From Tubulanus polymorphus (taxonomy: Eukaryota; Animalia; Nemertea): a stretch of DNA of 64,000 nucleotides. Location: positions 3,038,001-3,102,000 of the forward strand of contig NC_134035.1 of the NCBI RefSeq assembly GCF_964204645.1, given 5' to 3'. Positions 15,301-26,620 of this stretch are shown piece after piece (position 1 is the first letter of the stretch; every line of letters begins with the position of its first letter). Position numbers and translations under genes: made by a program. Below the pieces are notes generated by a model that had not been told where the DNA came from, ran no database searches, and was given only the letters and a program-made list of their open reading frames with translations.

Positions 15301-18300
15301 AGCTCTATTGCGACTAAGCAATTGAAACGTTAAATGATTTCCCCGCAGTGACAAGTGGCCGATGACCAAGAGTCACTCAACGAATACAAAACAACCCGTA
15401 ATTAGCCAATTACTCGATTCAACGCTTAAACTACCCGTCCATGCTGAGAGCAAAAACCAACGTGGCGCAGTCCCTAAACACTAGCTAGAGTTAACACTTT
15501 TAACTTCGCTACACGCGTATAGACGAATTCAGTCGTTGGGATCAGGCAAAAAATCATGCTCGTTCGTCCCTTTGCTTCACCGAGTAAGGAGTCTACTCTA
15601 CATGTGTATACAAGCAGTACATACATTTGACTCTGCTGCGTTAGTCTATTGGAACTGAGCTACAACCTGACAGACTGGCCATTTACAAATCCAAAGTCTT
15701 CCCTAGTTTTTTTTCCACGTGTTTACCCAAAATTCCCCGAGTGAATCGGAGAAATTTCTAGGTATAAAATGTTATGATTCATTCATTTTTCATCGAATCA
15801 CGTATTGATCAAGAAACACGCGGCCAATATCCGGATTCCCCAGAGTTTTGTAGGTTTGGGGCCGAATTTGTCAAATTCCCAGAGTTTTCCCTGATTTTTC
15901 TGATTTTCTGAGTTTTCCAGGTCAGTAGTAGTCACCCTGCCCGAGCGGTACCCGAGTATCGAGATGCTAGAAATGATCGCAGAGACTCACCGGCGCTACG
16001 ACGCACTGGAATATGTGCATCTCGGTCGGAGTTCCCGAGCGTTTTTTCGTATCTTCCTGGACGGTTAAGACTAGTAAATTGTTGTAAATATCCTTTCGAT
16101 CGCGATTGTAGATCGCCGTCGGATCTCGGACCAAGTTTATCGGAAACACTTCAATTTCGTCCTGCAACAACGACGAGAATATGATTAGAAAGAAACGAAG
16201 CAACACCAGTTATCCCACCAGATGGCTAACGAGCACTCAGTCCTATCATGTTTTAGGTAATGAATAACATTTCATCATTGATCGTACTTTACTGAATGAA
16301 ATCTGCAAAAATTTGAACTTTTTGGTAACCTTGATATCTTTAAAAATCCAACAACCCTGATCCTCGCTTGCCATAAGTGGAATCCTCAATTGTCACAGTA
16401 AAATTGGACCAACTTCGGTTATCCGAGTTAGTCAGCTATAGTCGAACTAAGTGAAACCGAATGTCAGTTAGTCGGGACTATATTCCAGATGTAGTTTGGA
16501 AATCAACCACATTCAGTTATTAGTTCCGACCTCTAGTCGACTAGATACGAAAACTGAATTAGGCCTAGGCTGTTCCTCATTTTGGTTTAGACAGGACTGA
16601 TATCAAAGCCTGGAGCCGGTTGCTCAAAAGTTGGTTAGACTTAACCAGTGGATAGTTGATATAGTGACCAAAAGCTGGTCGAAGTTAATCAGTGGATAGT
16701 TGACATAGCGAATATAAGAGTTCATTGTTACTATGGTACTAATCAACCGGTTATCTTTAACCAACTTTTGAGCAACTGCCGCCCCCGGGTGGTGCAACTG
16801 GCTACCGTTAATATTTACCCCGGTTTGTTTGTCGATGACGGCTAGATGACGCGGGGTGACGACCAGAACGCAACGCATCGTCCATATTCCGGTAGTACTG
16901 TCCATTAAACGAAGCTTACGTATTCCATCTTCCGGCGTTTGTAGACCTGAAACGAGAAACAACAAAACATCCAACATTATCGAAATCTTTGATGGCCTAC
17001 GAGAATTTGTACATCCACAAGAAGGAGCTGACAGTGTTACTGTATGAGTAAATATGCCAAATTCGTGCGGTTTTAGAAATGATTGCCTTTCCACAAATAA
17101 AAAGTCGACAAAATTATGAAAAATCAAAAAATATCACCATAAAACAGAGAATCTTCTAGAATAAAGTTCACCAACTTGAGTATGAGCTTCCAAGTTTACC
17201 GTATCGAATAATAACCACAGATAACGAGATTACTGCATATGAAAAACATACACCACGTACTCGCACATCATTCGAGCTGGTTCCCCGTAGCGTGACTGAC
17301 TGGTGTTTGAAACGCTGCGTAAAGCTGACCGGCGACAATACAGCTGATACCAAACATACTGATGACAATATTACGTTTAATAACCAAAAACCAAATTACA
17401 GCTGATTCAATATTCATCTAGACAATTCGTCGAGGGTTTTTGCAGCGTCTATTACTGATGTATAGTAGACACTTTATTACTCAGTATTGGTGAATTCAGT
17501 GAACCAGTTCAAGTTAAAGGATTTTGTTACAGTTAAACTTGGCCATCACATCGATGACTTATCCAAATAATGACTTACGAATGTGGAAATATGCTGAAAG
17601 ATGGTGACGACTGAACCCTTACAGTGCTGACATTCCCGAAAGTGCTGGGGATGATTTGAAAAAGTCCATCCCAGTTCATCGATTAACGGGCATAGGCATA
17701 CTGCTTTAGTGCATCTACACCACAGTGCGGTGTATCGTTAGTTACTAATGTTTCACTGTGTTTGACAGGTGCTGCCATCTTTTAATACAGATAACAACTA
17801 ATATTCTATCATGTTACTACACATTGTAGACGCACTGAAAGGGTTAACAAGTAATGTGTCAACTTCCCGATGACGACGTCTTTGAAGACAACTTTAAGAC
17901 TGACAGTTGACTCCACTAAAAGTAAGGATCGTTCGGACTGCAAACATTTGTGTGGCTCGATTGCAAAATCTAAGGCGCACGCGTACAGGGTGGCGGTTCA
18001 GAAAATGATCTTAACTCAACTGGATATTGGAGCGACGATGGGTCGTCATCGCATGATCTTAAGTGGGGAAAATATAGGCGACATTTCAAGGCTATCGACC
18101 CCCCCCACCCCCTTTGGTTGCAAGCGTACACGCAATCATATACATTTCATATAACGTCGATAATGAAAGAGAAACTTTTTTCTAATATAACATAACATTT
18201 GATACATTCAGAAAATACTCTCATTCTCCTCGCACGGAATTGAATCGTACATTGCATCTCGATCTACAGCAGACACTTAACTGCTCTTTTACGCAGTAAT

Positions 18301-21300
18301 TACGAAACCTAACGGTATTCATTATTAGTCCCGACTTACACGAACTACCAGGACGACAATAATAAACTATAAATACGTAATTGCATTATCGACGTATAAA
18401 CACGAAATAGCTTTTTGCCGGCTCTTCTCTCACTAATATCAGATTGAAATATGGAACTTCACGTAGATAACGCCGCGGAGAGCAATAGCGATACATAATA
18501 CATAATCATCGTTTCTCTCGTTTCAACGTCACGCGGATATTTCGATATAGAATATACGCGGTATCGGATATACGCGTGCGAACCGGTGGTCGGGAATATA
18601 CAGCTGGGTCGTTCGCACCGTCGCTGGTCCGTTCTAATGCGGGCCCACGTCCGGGATGGAACCATCTAGAACGGACCAAATCGATAGCCGCGATCACGCG
18701 AGCATTTCTGGCCCGGGCCAAATAAGGAACAACTGTTTACACGGGTGCCAAATGGGCCCCAGTGTGAATTGCAACTGGTTTCGGAAATGATTCTCTTCGC
18801 TTTGAGCATTGTTTAGTATCGAGTGAGTGGTTTACGTGTGAACGCGCTCGCTGATTAGGTACGGGTCAAATTTGGCTCAGGCCTGACCCGGGCCAAATCA
18901 TCCGTGTGATCGCGGGTAATGCTGCATTTTCATACAATTGTTCCGAGTTATCAGTTATCACTGGTCCAGCTAGACGCAACACTGTGATTGACAGGCACAA
19001 TGTCTCCATGAGAAATGGTACGTTCTAAAATCTTCAGGGCTGGTTCAAGGGCAGATGGTTAAGTCCTCGTTAATTTGAATACTGAATCTAGCAATTTATT
19101 GACATGCAGGATCCAGTTCCACAGTCACGAGTAAGAGTTAACTCCGAGTTAAAATTATTTAGTTGATTTTCAATGAGCGAACTCCTGAGTCAAATCTTAA
19201 CTCACAACTGTGGAACTGGGTCCAGCAATTTACAAACCTTGTTTACTTCCGACGGTGAACGTGGCCAAATGGTCGGCTTCATACGTCGGGCCTTCAGCAG
19301 TAGCTGAATATAAAGTCAAAAAATATATAGTTAGACCAAAAGAATTTAAAAATCCTCGATATAATCGCACGGGAGTAATTCGTCAGTAAGTTACCTTGAT
19401 AAGCATTGATCGGCTTTCCGTAATCCTCCCTGAAAATGAAATTCAAAAATGCCTTTAATTATTGATAGAATATTATATTCAACATGCAATTTAGAATTCG
19501 AGAAAGGTATAGGTGATGATTCGGAGAGGATATATAGGGTGCTCGGTTTCACAATCATGATCTCAAGAGATTGACTTCTCAGAGCAAAATTTAACTGAAA
19601 TTTAGCAAAATATTTTTTACCCTCGGGCATGTTGCACAGCCAATGCCTAAATTCAAGACCACGACCAGTCTAAGCTCATTTCGGTATCATAAATCTAACA
19701 ATTTAAGCCTAGTCTAAGTGCATCTAATAATCTAATCTAATAGGTTCATCTAATCTAATAGGTTCTGTGAGCCAAAACAAACTTGAGACCAGTCTAAGCT
19801 CATTTTGGTTCAGCGGCCAATCCAACACACTTGAGACCAGCTTAAGCTCACTTCGATTCTATAACCAATCCATCAAACTTAAAACCAGTGTGAGCTCATC
19901 TTGGTTCTATAGCCAATCCAACAAACTCGAGACCAGTCAGAGCTCATTTCAGTGAACCATTCTATTATATATAGGCCAGTCTTAGAATTCAAGAGCGCTA
20001 TGAACTGAGGCCTAGACTGTGCAACCAGCCTCGGGAACAACAAATCCGCAAATCAAGGAAAATGTTAATTTCATACATTCTATAAGCCTGTAAATATCAA
20101 ATAACAATCTTCGAAATGATAATTTGAGGCGATATTCATTTCGACCGTTCAGTTTTAGCTATCGGGGCCGAGTATCGCGTTTTTGATTTGAAGCCAAGAA
20201 AAATTCCACTAAGTCAACAGCGAGCATTCTAACAAGCTTTTAACGACTATAAAGCATTTTGAAATACAATTCGTTCCGCGCCGAAGGATTCGTTATTATC
20301 GCACGTTATTCAATTCTAAAAAAATTCAAAACCGCAAATATGGGTTGGTCATACGTAAAGTCCGCGCGATTAAACGCCAGTAGAACCACTTTTTCGCCAC
20401 TTTTTTTTTCGTTCGACTATTTCAGTTCTTTTATTATCATTATCAAACGCGAGATCGACTGTGAGAAACAATTTTTCAGAAACGAGAAAAAAAGTACGAA
20501 GAAAAACATTCGAATTCTTGACACCTAGAAGCGTACGACAATAGCCGCGTTTGATATGTCTACGACAGCACAAAATAAACACTCGATTATTCACAGACTT
20601 TGCAAGTAGGTATAGACGCATAACTCTGCGGAGTTGTTGTGTGTGTGGGTGATTTTAAAAAATCGACACCACCACCGCCCGCCCAACCGAGGAAAGAAAT
20701 CGAATTCGATATAGAATCAATGTAACGCGAATTTATGGTAAATATTACGATCAACAAAGTTTCGTCGAATTAAAACGGGCCGAAACTCAGTACAATCTAT
20801 ACACGTCTGGCTGGTTATTGTGGTATATATCTCAAGACGTAGAAGGCTGCGTACTTTGATCCAGTACTTATCGACTGAATACGTTTATCATCGGGAGTTA
20901 CGTATATTTTTCATCGCGTTTCTAAAAACCATGCGCATTAAGAAAAAGCGGGACTTGAACAGAGTTTGCGTGGTCCACAGCAACACCCCCCCCCCCACAT
21001 GATCTAAAAGGGAAGTGAATCGATCTCAATTAGTGCGGAGCTGATTACTAATCGAAGCACTTATTTCTAACTCTAACTAGAAAGAAAAAACAAAACAAAA
21101 ATCTGTTTAGGTGAACTGAACACATATTTATGTATTTGTTGGTTGCCTGAGACAAGTGATTAATTCAATTGAAAAAAAAACCCACCGTAGAATTATAACT
21201 AATTAAGGAATTTTATGTTTCGACTCAAATGCTATGAGTTTTGAGTAGCATTTGAGTCAGAACATCGAAATCCTTAATTAGTTTTACTGCGCGTTGTCGG

Positions 21301-24300
21301 TTTTTCCTAAATCTTCTATTCTATTCTCTAAAACAAGCCAAACTAGATCATAAAGCGTTCGTGAATCATCGATAAACAGGTTTTAAACGACTACTCCGTT
21401 TAAAAAAGCGCCAATTTCTAAAGTAGAAAACTCATTAAAAAACATCTACATAGCGATCAGCAGAAATGAAACTATAGCGCTGGAACCCATATTACGAAAC
21501 TACTTAACGACGCCGATGAATCTGAGGCCTTTTTCGATTGCGCTCCTCCCCGGAAGAGGAATTAAGCCCTATCTACAACAGGGTTCATAGTAGCAAGGCC
21601 GAGGCCAGAGTGAGCATTTTTAAGTACTTTTTTATGAATAAAGTAAGTAAATATAAAGTCACAAATGACACTTTTCTTATCATTTGACATGGCGACTCTT
21701 GTCCTAATCCGCTACATAAATCATTAAAGCCCAAAGTCAATTCAAAGTCTAAAGGCATCAATATTGGCATATTATTGTACTTAAAATAATTTTGCATACC
21801 AAAAGTCAAAATTAAGCAGTTTTAAAGGGCCTTACTGAATTCTATCAAAAGTAGCAATGAGACTTGCTTTGAACCCTGTAATATCTCTTTTGATCGCCAC
21901 ATTTTGAAGTCTCTACCAGTTATTCCGTTTCAGTCATGGCAGAATATTTTGTTTTCTGCAAAAGCGCAATCGAAAAGGGCTTAAGCGGTTGCGTAAAATG
22001 GGTGCCGCAGCTTGTCGCACAAACCGTGGTTCCGGTATCATCCCGTGATACATCAATGAAGTAGGACTGTACACGGACATATTGTAATCACTGAAATATA
22101 TAGATGATCATACACGGTCCCTGACTGATCAGTCGTTCCTGGATAAAACGAGTTTTCAAACGAGAAAATTTGCAAATTTCGAGGAAGTGTCTATATCACT
22201 GTTGTATCTTAATCACAGTAGACTCCTCCTAAATCAGTATTGTTTATCTCAGTAAACCATTAGTTCGCTGATTTTGTAAGCAGATTTTTATCCTTTACAC
22301 GAACTAAACTCTGTTTCTTATTTGGGAACCACCTAATCAGGTACAAAATATCCTGGTTTCAACTGTAATAATAATAATAATAATAATTAGTGCTTATATA
22401 GCGCCTTTCCAAAGAATGCTCAAAGCGCTGTCAATCAATTATTACCCAGCTTCTGTAACCAATCCAGTACATTCTGTACCGATTTAGGCGTAGTTAACTG
22501 GACAACTCTTCAAACTAGACAAAGAAATTTGTAATTGCCAATTTCTCAAAAACGAAGGAGTCTTATGCATTACGCTCTTAAATTAAAGGAGTTTCAAGCA
22601 CAAAAGCAGATACTAGATCCTCCATCATAAGTATCCGATCGTGTCGAGGTCCACATACCCCTAAACTACGAGATACCCGTGGAGTTTAACCTGGCATCCA
22701 AAAGAGAATCGTCTTTCACCTCGGATCGCTGCAACTAATGATATAAAGTTACCCATCTCTCCCGGGCCAAAAAGAGCCCACGGATTTCAGAGAAGACCCA
22801 TCTTCGCTTCCTTCAAAACCCTCGAACCGGATAAATTCATTTCCGAATATTCAATCCACATCGACCGAGGAACAGCCGGTTGTTAAACCGACGAATTTGC
22901 AAAAATATTTCTAAAATCAATCGACGTCATCGTACTTAGCGCTCCCAATATTAGACCATTTAAAAAACCGATCATTTTAAGAGCGTGACTATCTAATCAA
23001 ATAGGTCACCGTCTAGGTGTGCCTACACCTTATCATAAATAACGCACACAAACAATCACCAACTAAACATTTATACTGGTTTCACAGTATTCTAAATCGG
23101 GTCACATATCAATGTAATGATTCTCACAACGCTAGTATTCATATCCACACTTTCGAAAACTTTTACGACGCAGCAGGCCAATTAAATTTCAGGCATGCGT
23201 ACGCGACATCGGATGAGTATAATCCCGATAAATTCAAGCCATTCTAGAATTATTGCGGCCATGCTATTAATGATTTCAGGTCACGGCATTTAATGTACCG
23301 GTATTCACTTGGGAGAAATTCTGAAAAGAAAATCAAGGTCTTGACGTAGTTCATGGGCAGAATAAAGATCATTCCAGAATGGTGGAATATAATAGTCTTT
23401 AAAATCGGTTTTTCCGAATTATATAGCGATAAATTGAAAGACTCATATTATAGAGAATATGAATCTCTGAATTCTGAGCACGATATCACATAAGTTTGAA
23501 GCATCAAATACGTTTTTGGAAGATGGACTCTGCAGCATGGACCTACGTCATTACTAAAATATTCTGTTCAAAGCATAATCATCATATCCAATCTCACAAT
23601 TTTGTGTGTCGTTTTTTTACAGAGTGGCCACTTTCCACCCATAATACAAATCGCTGAGATTTCCTTGATTTCTCCATGAGATTAGACAAAATTTCTAGGT
23701 TTAAAATGTCACAATTAAATCATTTTTCATTGAATCACTTATTGATGAATCTGAATTCCCTGAGATTTCCAGGTTATTGGTAAGATTTATCAAATTTCCT
23801 GAGTTTCCCCAAATTTTTTTTCTAGATTTTTTTGAATTCGCCAATTTTTCCAGGTTAGTGACCACCCTGTTTTATCAATTTGTGCATTAATTTCAAATAA
23901 ATCCTGGAGAATAGGTTAATACTGTGTAACTTGTTTCGATTGATTTTGATTTTTCAGGGTAGCAGCAGCAGCAGCTGCAGCATGAGGGAGATCGAAGGGT
24001 ACAGAAGAGAGAGATAGTACTACCGGCGCGACGATGGACACGCAGCGCTGTCCGAATAGCTGGAAATCCGTCGTTCGCTGTCCTTAAAACGTCTCAACGC
24101 ACCGCCGTGGTCGGACGAATGTCGTACGTGACCTTGAAAGTCCATCGATCTTTTCGAAAAAATTAAAGTTAGCGCAAAATGTAAATGACAGATGAAGAGT
24201 AACTGTGACTTCTACTCTCGGTAGCGTCGGGATCGTTGCTGGCCTTGAAATTCAACGACGGCAGTGGCAGCATTTGCTGCGGGTAATAAAACTATTGCAG

Positions 24301-24894
24301 CCCGGTTCATTGCCTAACAGAGGCAGTGAACTGACCTGGATTTATTACATCGTTATAATCGTCTATATCGCTAAGTACTTCGATCATGATCTGTCACTCA
24401 GCTATTTGTTACTTGGTATAAATACAGAAGATTTGATGCCAGTTCTATTTTCCAATAGATGGGTTGAAAGGTCCAGATTTTTCTGGCTACATATGGTCCT
24501 GAAGATGATGTATTCTATCTTAGTAGATGAGAAGGTGGGGTGTACCTCGGAGAAGCCAAATGGTTTTTCCAAGGGCGTACTGAACTGAAAACCAATAGAT
24601 GGATTGAAAGATCTAGATGTTCTGGCTACATATGGTACTGGAGATGATGTAATCATTCTTAATTCAACAAAATTTGGTTACACTAGGATCTTAGAGCGAC
24701 AGACACCACTGTGTGGATACAACCGCTTCAAAGGACGGGCGAACCCCCCTCATATTATGAACTGGTCAGATCCTACAAAACGATTCTGTTCGTTGCGTTG
24801 AAATGATTAGTACCTACCTGCGATCGGTCCAGTCTCCGTATCCATTCATGTTGCCGTTTGGATGTAGTATTCCGTTAACTGGCATCGTTGACAT
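1..24894 (-). CDS. EPS8: EPS8 (epidermal growth factor receptor kinase substrate 8)-like protein, 5' part; the 3' part (SH3/SAM) lies beyond the left edge
   Basis: Phase-matched GT-AG coding exons: 24818-24894 (ATG, in-frame TAA upstream; MSTMPVNG..), 19395-19429, 19238-19303 (YEADHLATF), 16819-16946 ([15 protein letters not shown]), 15991-16161 (..EMHIFQC, PTB domain), 8479-8534, 7640-7749 ([19 protein letters not shown]), 6246-6319 (..TEKDV), 1823-1964 ([24 protein letters not shown]), 573-661 ([21 protein letters not shown]), 1-175 ([23 protein letters not shown]). These match the conserved EPS8-family blocks. Confidence 0.93.
300..560. repeat. Tandem array of ~43-bp units related to the interior of a MITE family
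   Basis: Repeated 'gagcttagactggtcttaagttgttagattggctatagaaccaaaa'-like units. The reverse complement occurs as an array at ~19660-19990 and inside the MITEs at 26481-26620 and 29826-29964. Confidence 0.7.
2910..3150. repeat. Degenerate ~30-bp minisatellite
   Basis: Repeated 'gtctctagagagtccaaa(g/a)cattgtcttt' units; they account for spurious ORF 2911-3231. Confidence 0.7.
3268..3605. repeat. Dispersed element with an internal 22-bp tandem array, copy 1
   Basis: Unique leader 'gaactttttggatttgttttt..gaagcattctattgtacatat..ttttagggtccatagatgaaa' followed by 'tagatgaaagatttccatgttt' units. Confidence 0.8.
6608..7040. repeat. Dispersed element with an internal 22-bp tandem array, copy 2 (longer array)
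   Basis: Same leader and same 22-bp unit as 3268-3605, with more units. Confidence 0.8.
7229..7539. mobile_element. MITE-like non-autonomous DNA element (TIR GCCGCGATCA)
   Basis: Ends 'aagccgcgatcacgc' ... 'tgatcgcggcttta'. A related inverted copy lies at ~18686-18918 and a degenerate one at ~13190-13461. Confidence 0.6.
8731..8768 (+). ncRNA. Minimal type I hammerhead-ribozyme-like motif (Penelope-like element relic)
   Basis: CTGATGA-T-GGCTAAC-agtt-GTTAGCC-GAAA-C-GTC: both catalytic core boxes, a perfect 7-bp stem II, a palindromic minimal stem III (ACGT) and a GUC site. Stem I is only about 2 bp. Confidence 0.5.
9284..9351. repeat. (TA)n microsatellite
   Basis: Long, nearly perfect TA run. 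Confidence 0.95.
10271..10561. mobile_element. MITE-like element with CAGGGTGG(T/C)CAC termini (possibly hAT-derived)
   Basis: Starts 'cagggtggtcac', ends 'gtgaccaccaccctg', with internal 'ttccctga' repeats. Further copies or fragments at ~11194-11487, ~15676-15939, ~23620-23869, ~44330-44507, ~54976-55062 and ~55349-55604. No clear TSD. Confidence 0.7.
14117..14394. mobile_element. piggyBac-like MITE family (CCCTTTCAGTGC ... GCACTGAAAGGG, TTAA context)
   Basis: Three homologous copies at ~12609-12887, 14117-14394 and 17614-17847 share the internal 'tactgctttagtgcatctacac..gtgcggtg' and 'gtgctgccatcttt'. Two right ends read 'gcactgaaagggttaa'. Confidence 0.65.
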
Positions 24895-24984
24895 TATTGC
24901 CTTTTATCTATCGAAAAGGAAAGTGAAAGGTTAGAGAACTATAGTAACAACCCTTAAATCAGAACTGCAATAAATAGAACTGAA

Positions 24985-25205
24985 CTGCAGTCCGGTTACT
25001 GACAAAATTTCAGTCCATTTACTGACTAAACAGTAGTCCGGTTACTGACTAAACCATAGTCAGTCCGTTAACTGATAAAACTGCAGTCCAGTTACTGACG
25101 AAATAGCAGCCCAGTTACTAATTGAACAGCAGAGTCCGGTTACTGACTAAACCACAGACACAGTCCACTTACTGACATACAGCAGTCTGGTAACTGAGTA
25201 AACCA
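24985..25205. repeat. ~24-28-bp minisatellite
   Basis: Repeated 'cagtccggttactgactaaac' units. Confidence 0.75.
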
Positions 25206-26480
25206 AATAGCAAATACAGACTAGTCTAACCCAGTAACTAAACACTACTACTGACGACTATCATTAATCGACAGTCGCGGCGTTACACCCGTCCTTACAG
25301 CAGTAAGACAATAAAACGAAATTGTATTGTATTGTATTTAAGGCTGTTAAACTTACCCGGTATTTAACTTGTTTAAACGATTCACCAAACCAAACAACAA
25401 TTAATAATCACTTAGAAACTTAATCCGATAATCGTTTTCAACTGTCGGCACCGATATTCGTGTCGTGACACGGCATCTGAGCGCGTTATTTCACCTGCTT
25501 TAAACTGGGTTTGGTATCCTAACTGTCAAAAGTTGTTTACTGCAGTGTTTCGGTTACCGAAAACCTGGTGGAGATGGCAGCACTAGACGGAACTTGAACC
25601 TCGCTTGCCGCAGTATGGAATACCGGACTTCGCAGCGGACCCGTTGACACAAATTAAATTCAATTTTTACTTTATTTACCGATCTCCACCGCATTAGCTC
25701 CGAAACAAGTCATCATGATTTTGATACTGTATTGTATTTTTGTTTTCCTTCTTATCTCTGTTAGGCCTATATGTTTATATCATCTGTTATCTGTTCTTTT
25801 CCTTTGTTCTAGTTAAGAACCTAGTTATTCTAGGTAGGAATGTTAGCATTGTAGAGGATCCATAATTTTTCCGAACTGTTCCGATCCCCGGCTTTCGACA
25901 TGGCCAGAAAATTTACTATAGGTCGCCGCCTAAAGACTGGATAAAACTGCAAGCATTTACAGAAAATTTCTCGGCAAACTATTTCGAATTCAGAAATTAG
26001 AATATATCTAAAGAAAAGATTTTCTTTCCGAAAAATATTTTTTGTTTTCGATGCAAAGATCTTGGTACTGTTGTCAGGATGTTCTAATCATGGTGAATAA
26101 TAAGGTTTTAGTTGTATCATAGTTAGGATGGAAAATTTCCAGCTATTTTTGTCTCCGGTTCGGGCGTTTTTCCGATGAAGGTCAAGCCAACCTCAAATCA
26201 AATTGTGAAGTGTGATTTGTTTCGGTCCGCGTTAATTTCCGTGGCCAGTGATTTGTTTAGCGGAGGACAAGAGAATTCCTGATCATCATACATAAATACT
26301 GTGGCGACGCGGCTGCACAGTTTGATGTAAGCAGCATTTTCAAACAACTCAATACGCTTAGTTTGTTATTGATGTTAATGAAGAAACCAGGAACGTACCG
26401 GTGCAAACTGGCTGTAAGAATGTTTCGATTTTTTTTCAGTCTATCAAACAAGTCCTGGAATATAATATATAAATTACGCC

Positions 26481-26620
26481 CTGGGGCCGGTTGTATAGTC
26501 ACGGCTTAGACTTCAGACCAAAGACCAACTTGGTTCTATAGCCAATCTAATAACTTAAGACCAGTCTTAGAATTTAAGACCACTTTTGGACTTGAGTCAC
26601 GACTGTGCAACTGGCCCCAG
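26481..26620. mobile_element. MITE with GGGCC(G/A)GTTG termini (PIF/Harbinger-like, tentative)
   Basis: 'ctggggccggttgtatagtc' ... 'gactgtgcaactggccccag'. A near-identical copy lies at 29826-29964 and a degenerate one at ~8136-8260. Palindromic families with similar ends occur at ~16611-16785, ~19108-19224 and ~33613-33725. Confidence 0.7.

Noticed and set aside
25566-25585. GGAGATGGCAGCACT motif near the presumed EPS8 5' end (also GTGCTGCCATCTT in MITE copies)
   Set aside because: Only a partial match to CTCF/YY1-type motifs; binding cannot be supported from sequence.
25850-26460. Coding-like fragments on the minus strand, with a faint resemblance to a Penelope C-terminal region
   Set aside because: Interrupted by stops and frameshifts, with no diagnostic motif.
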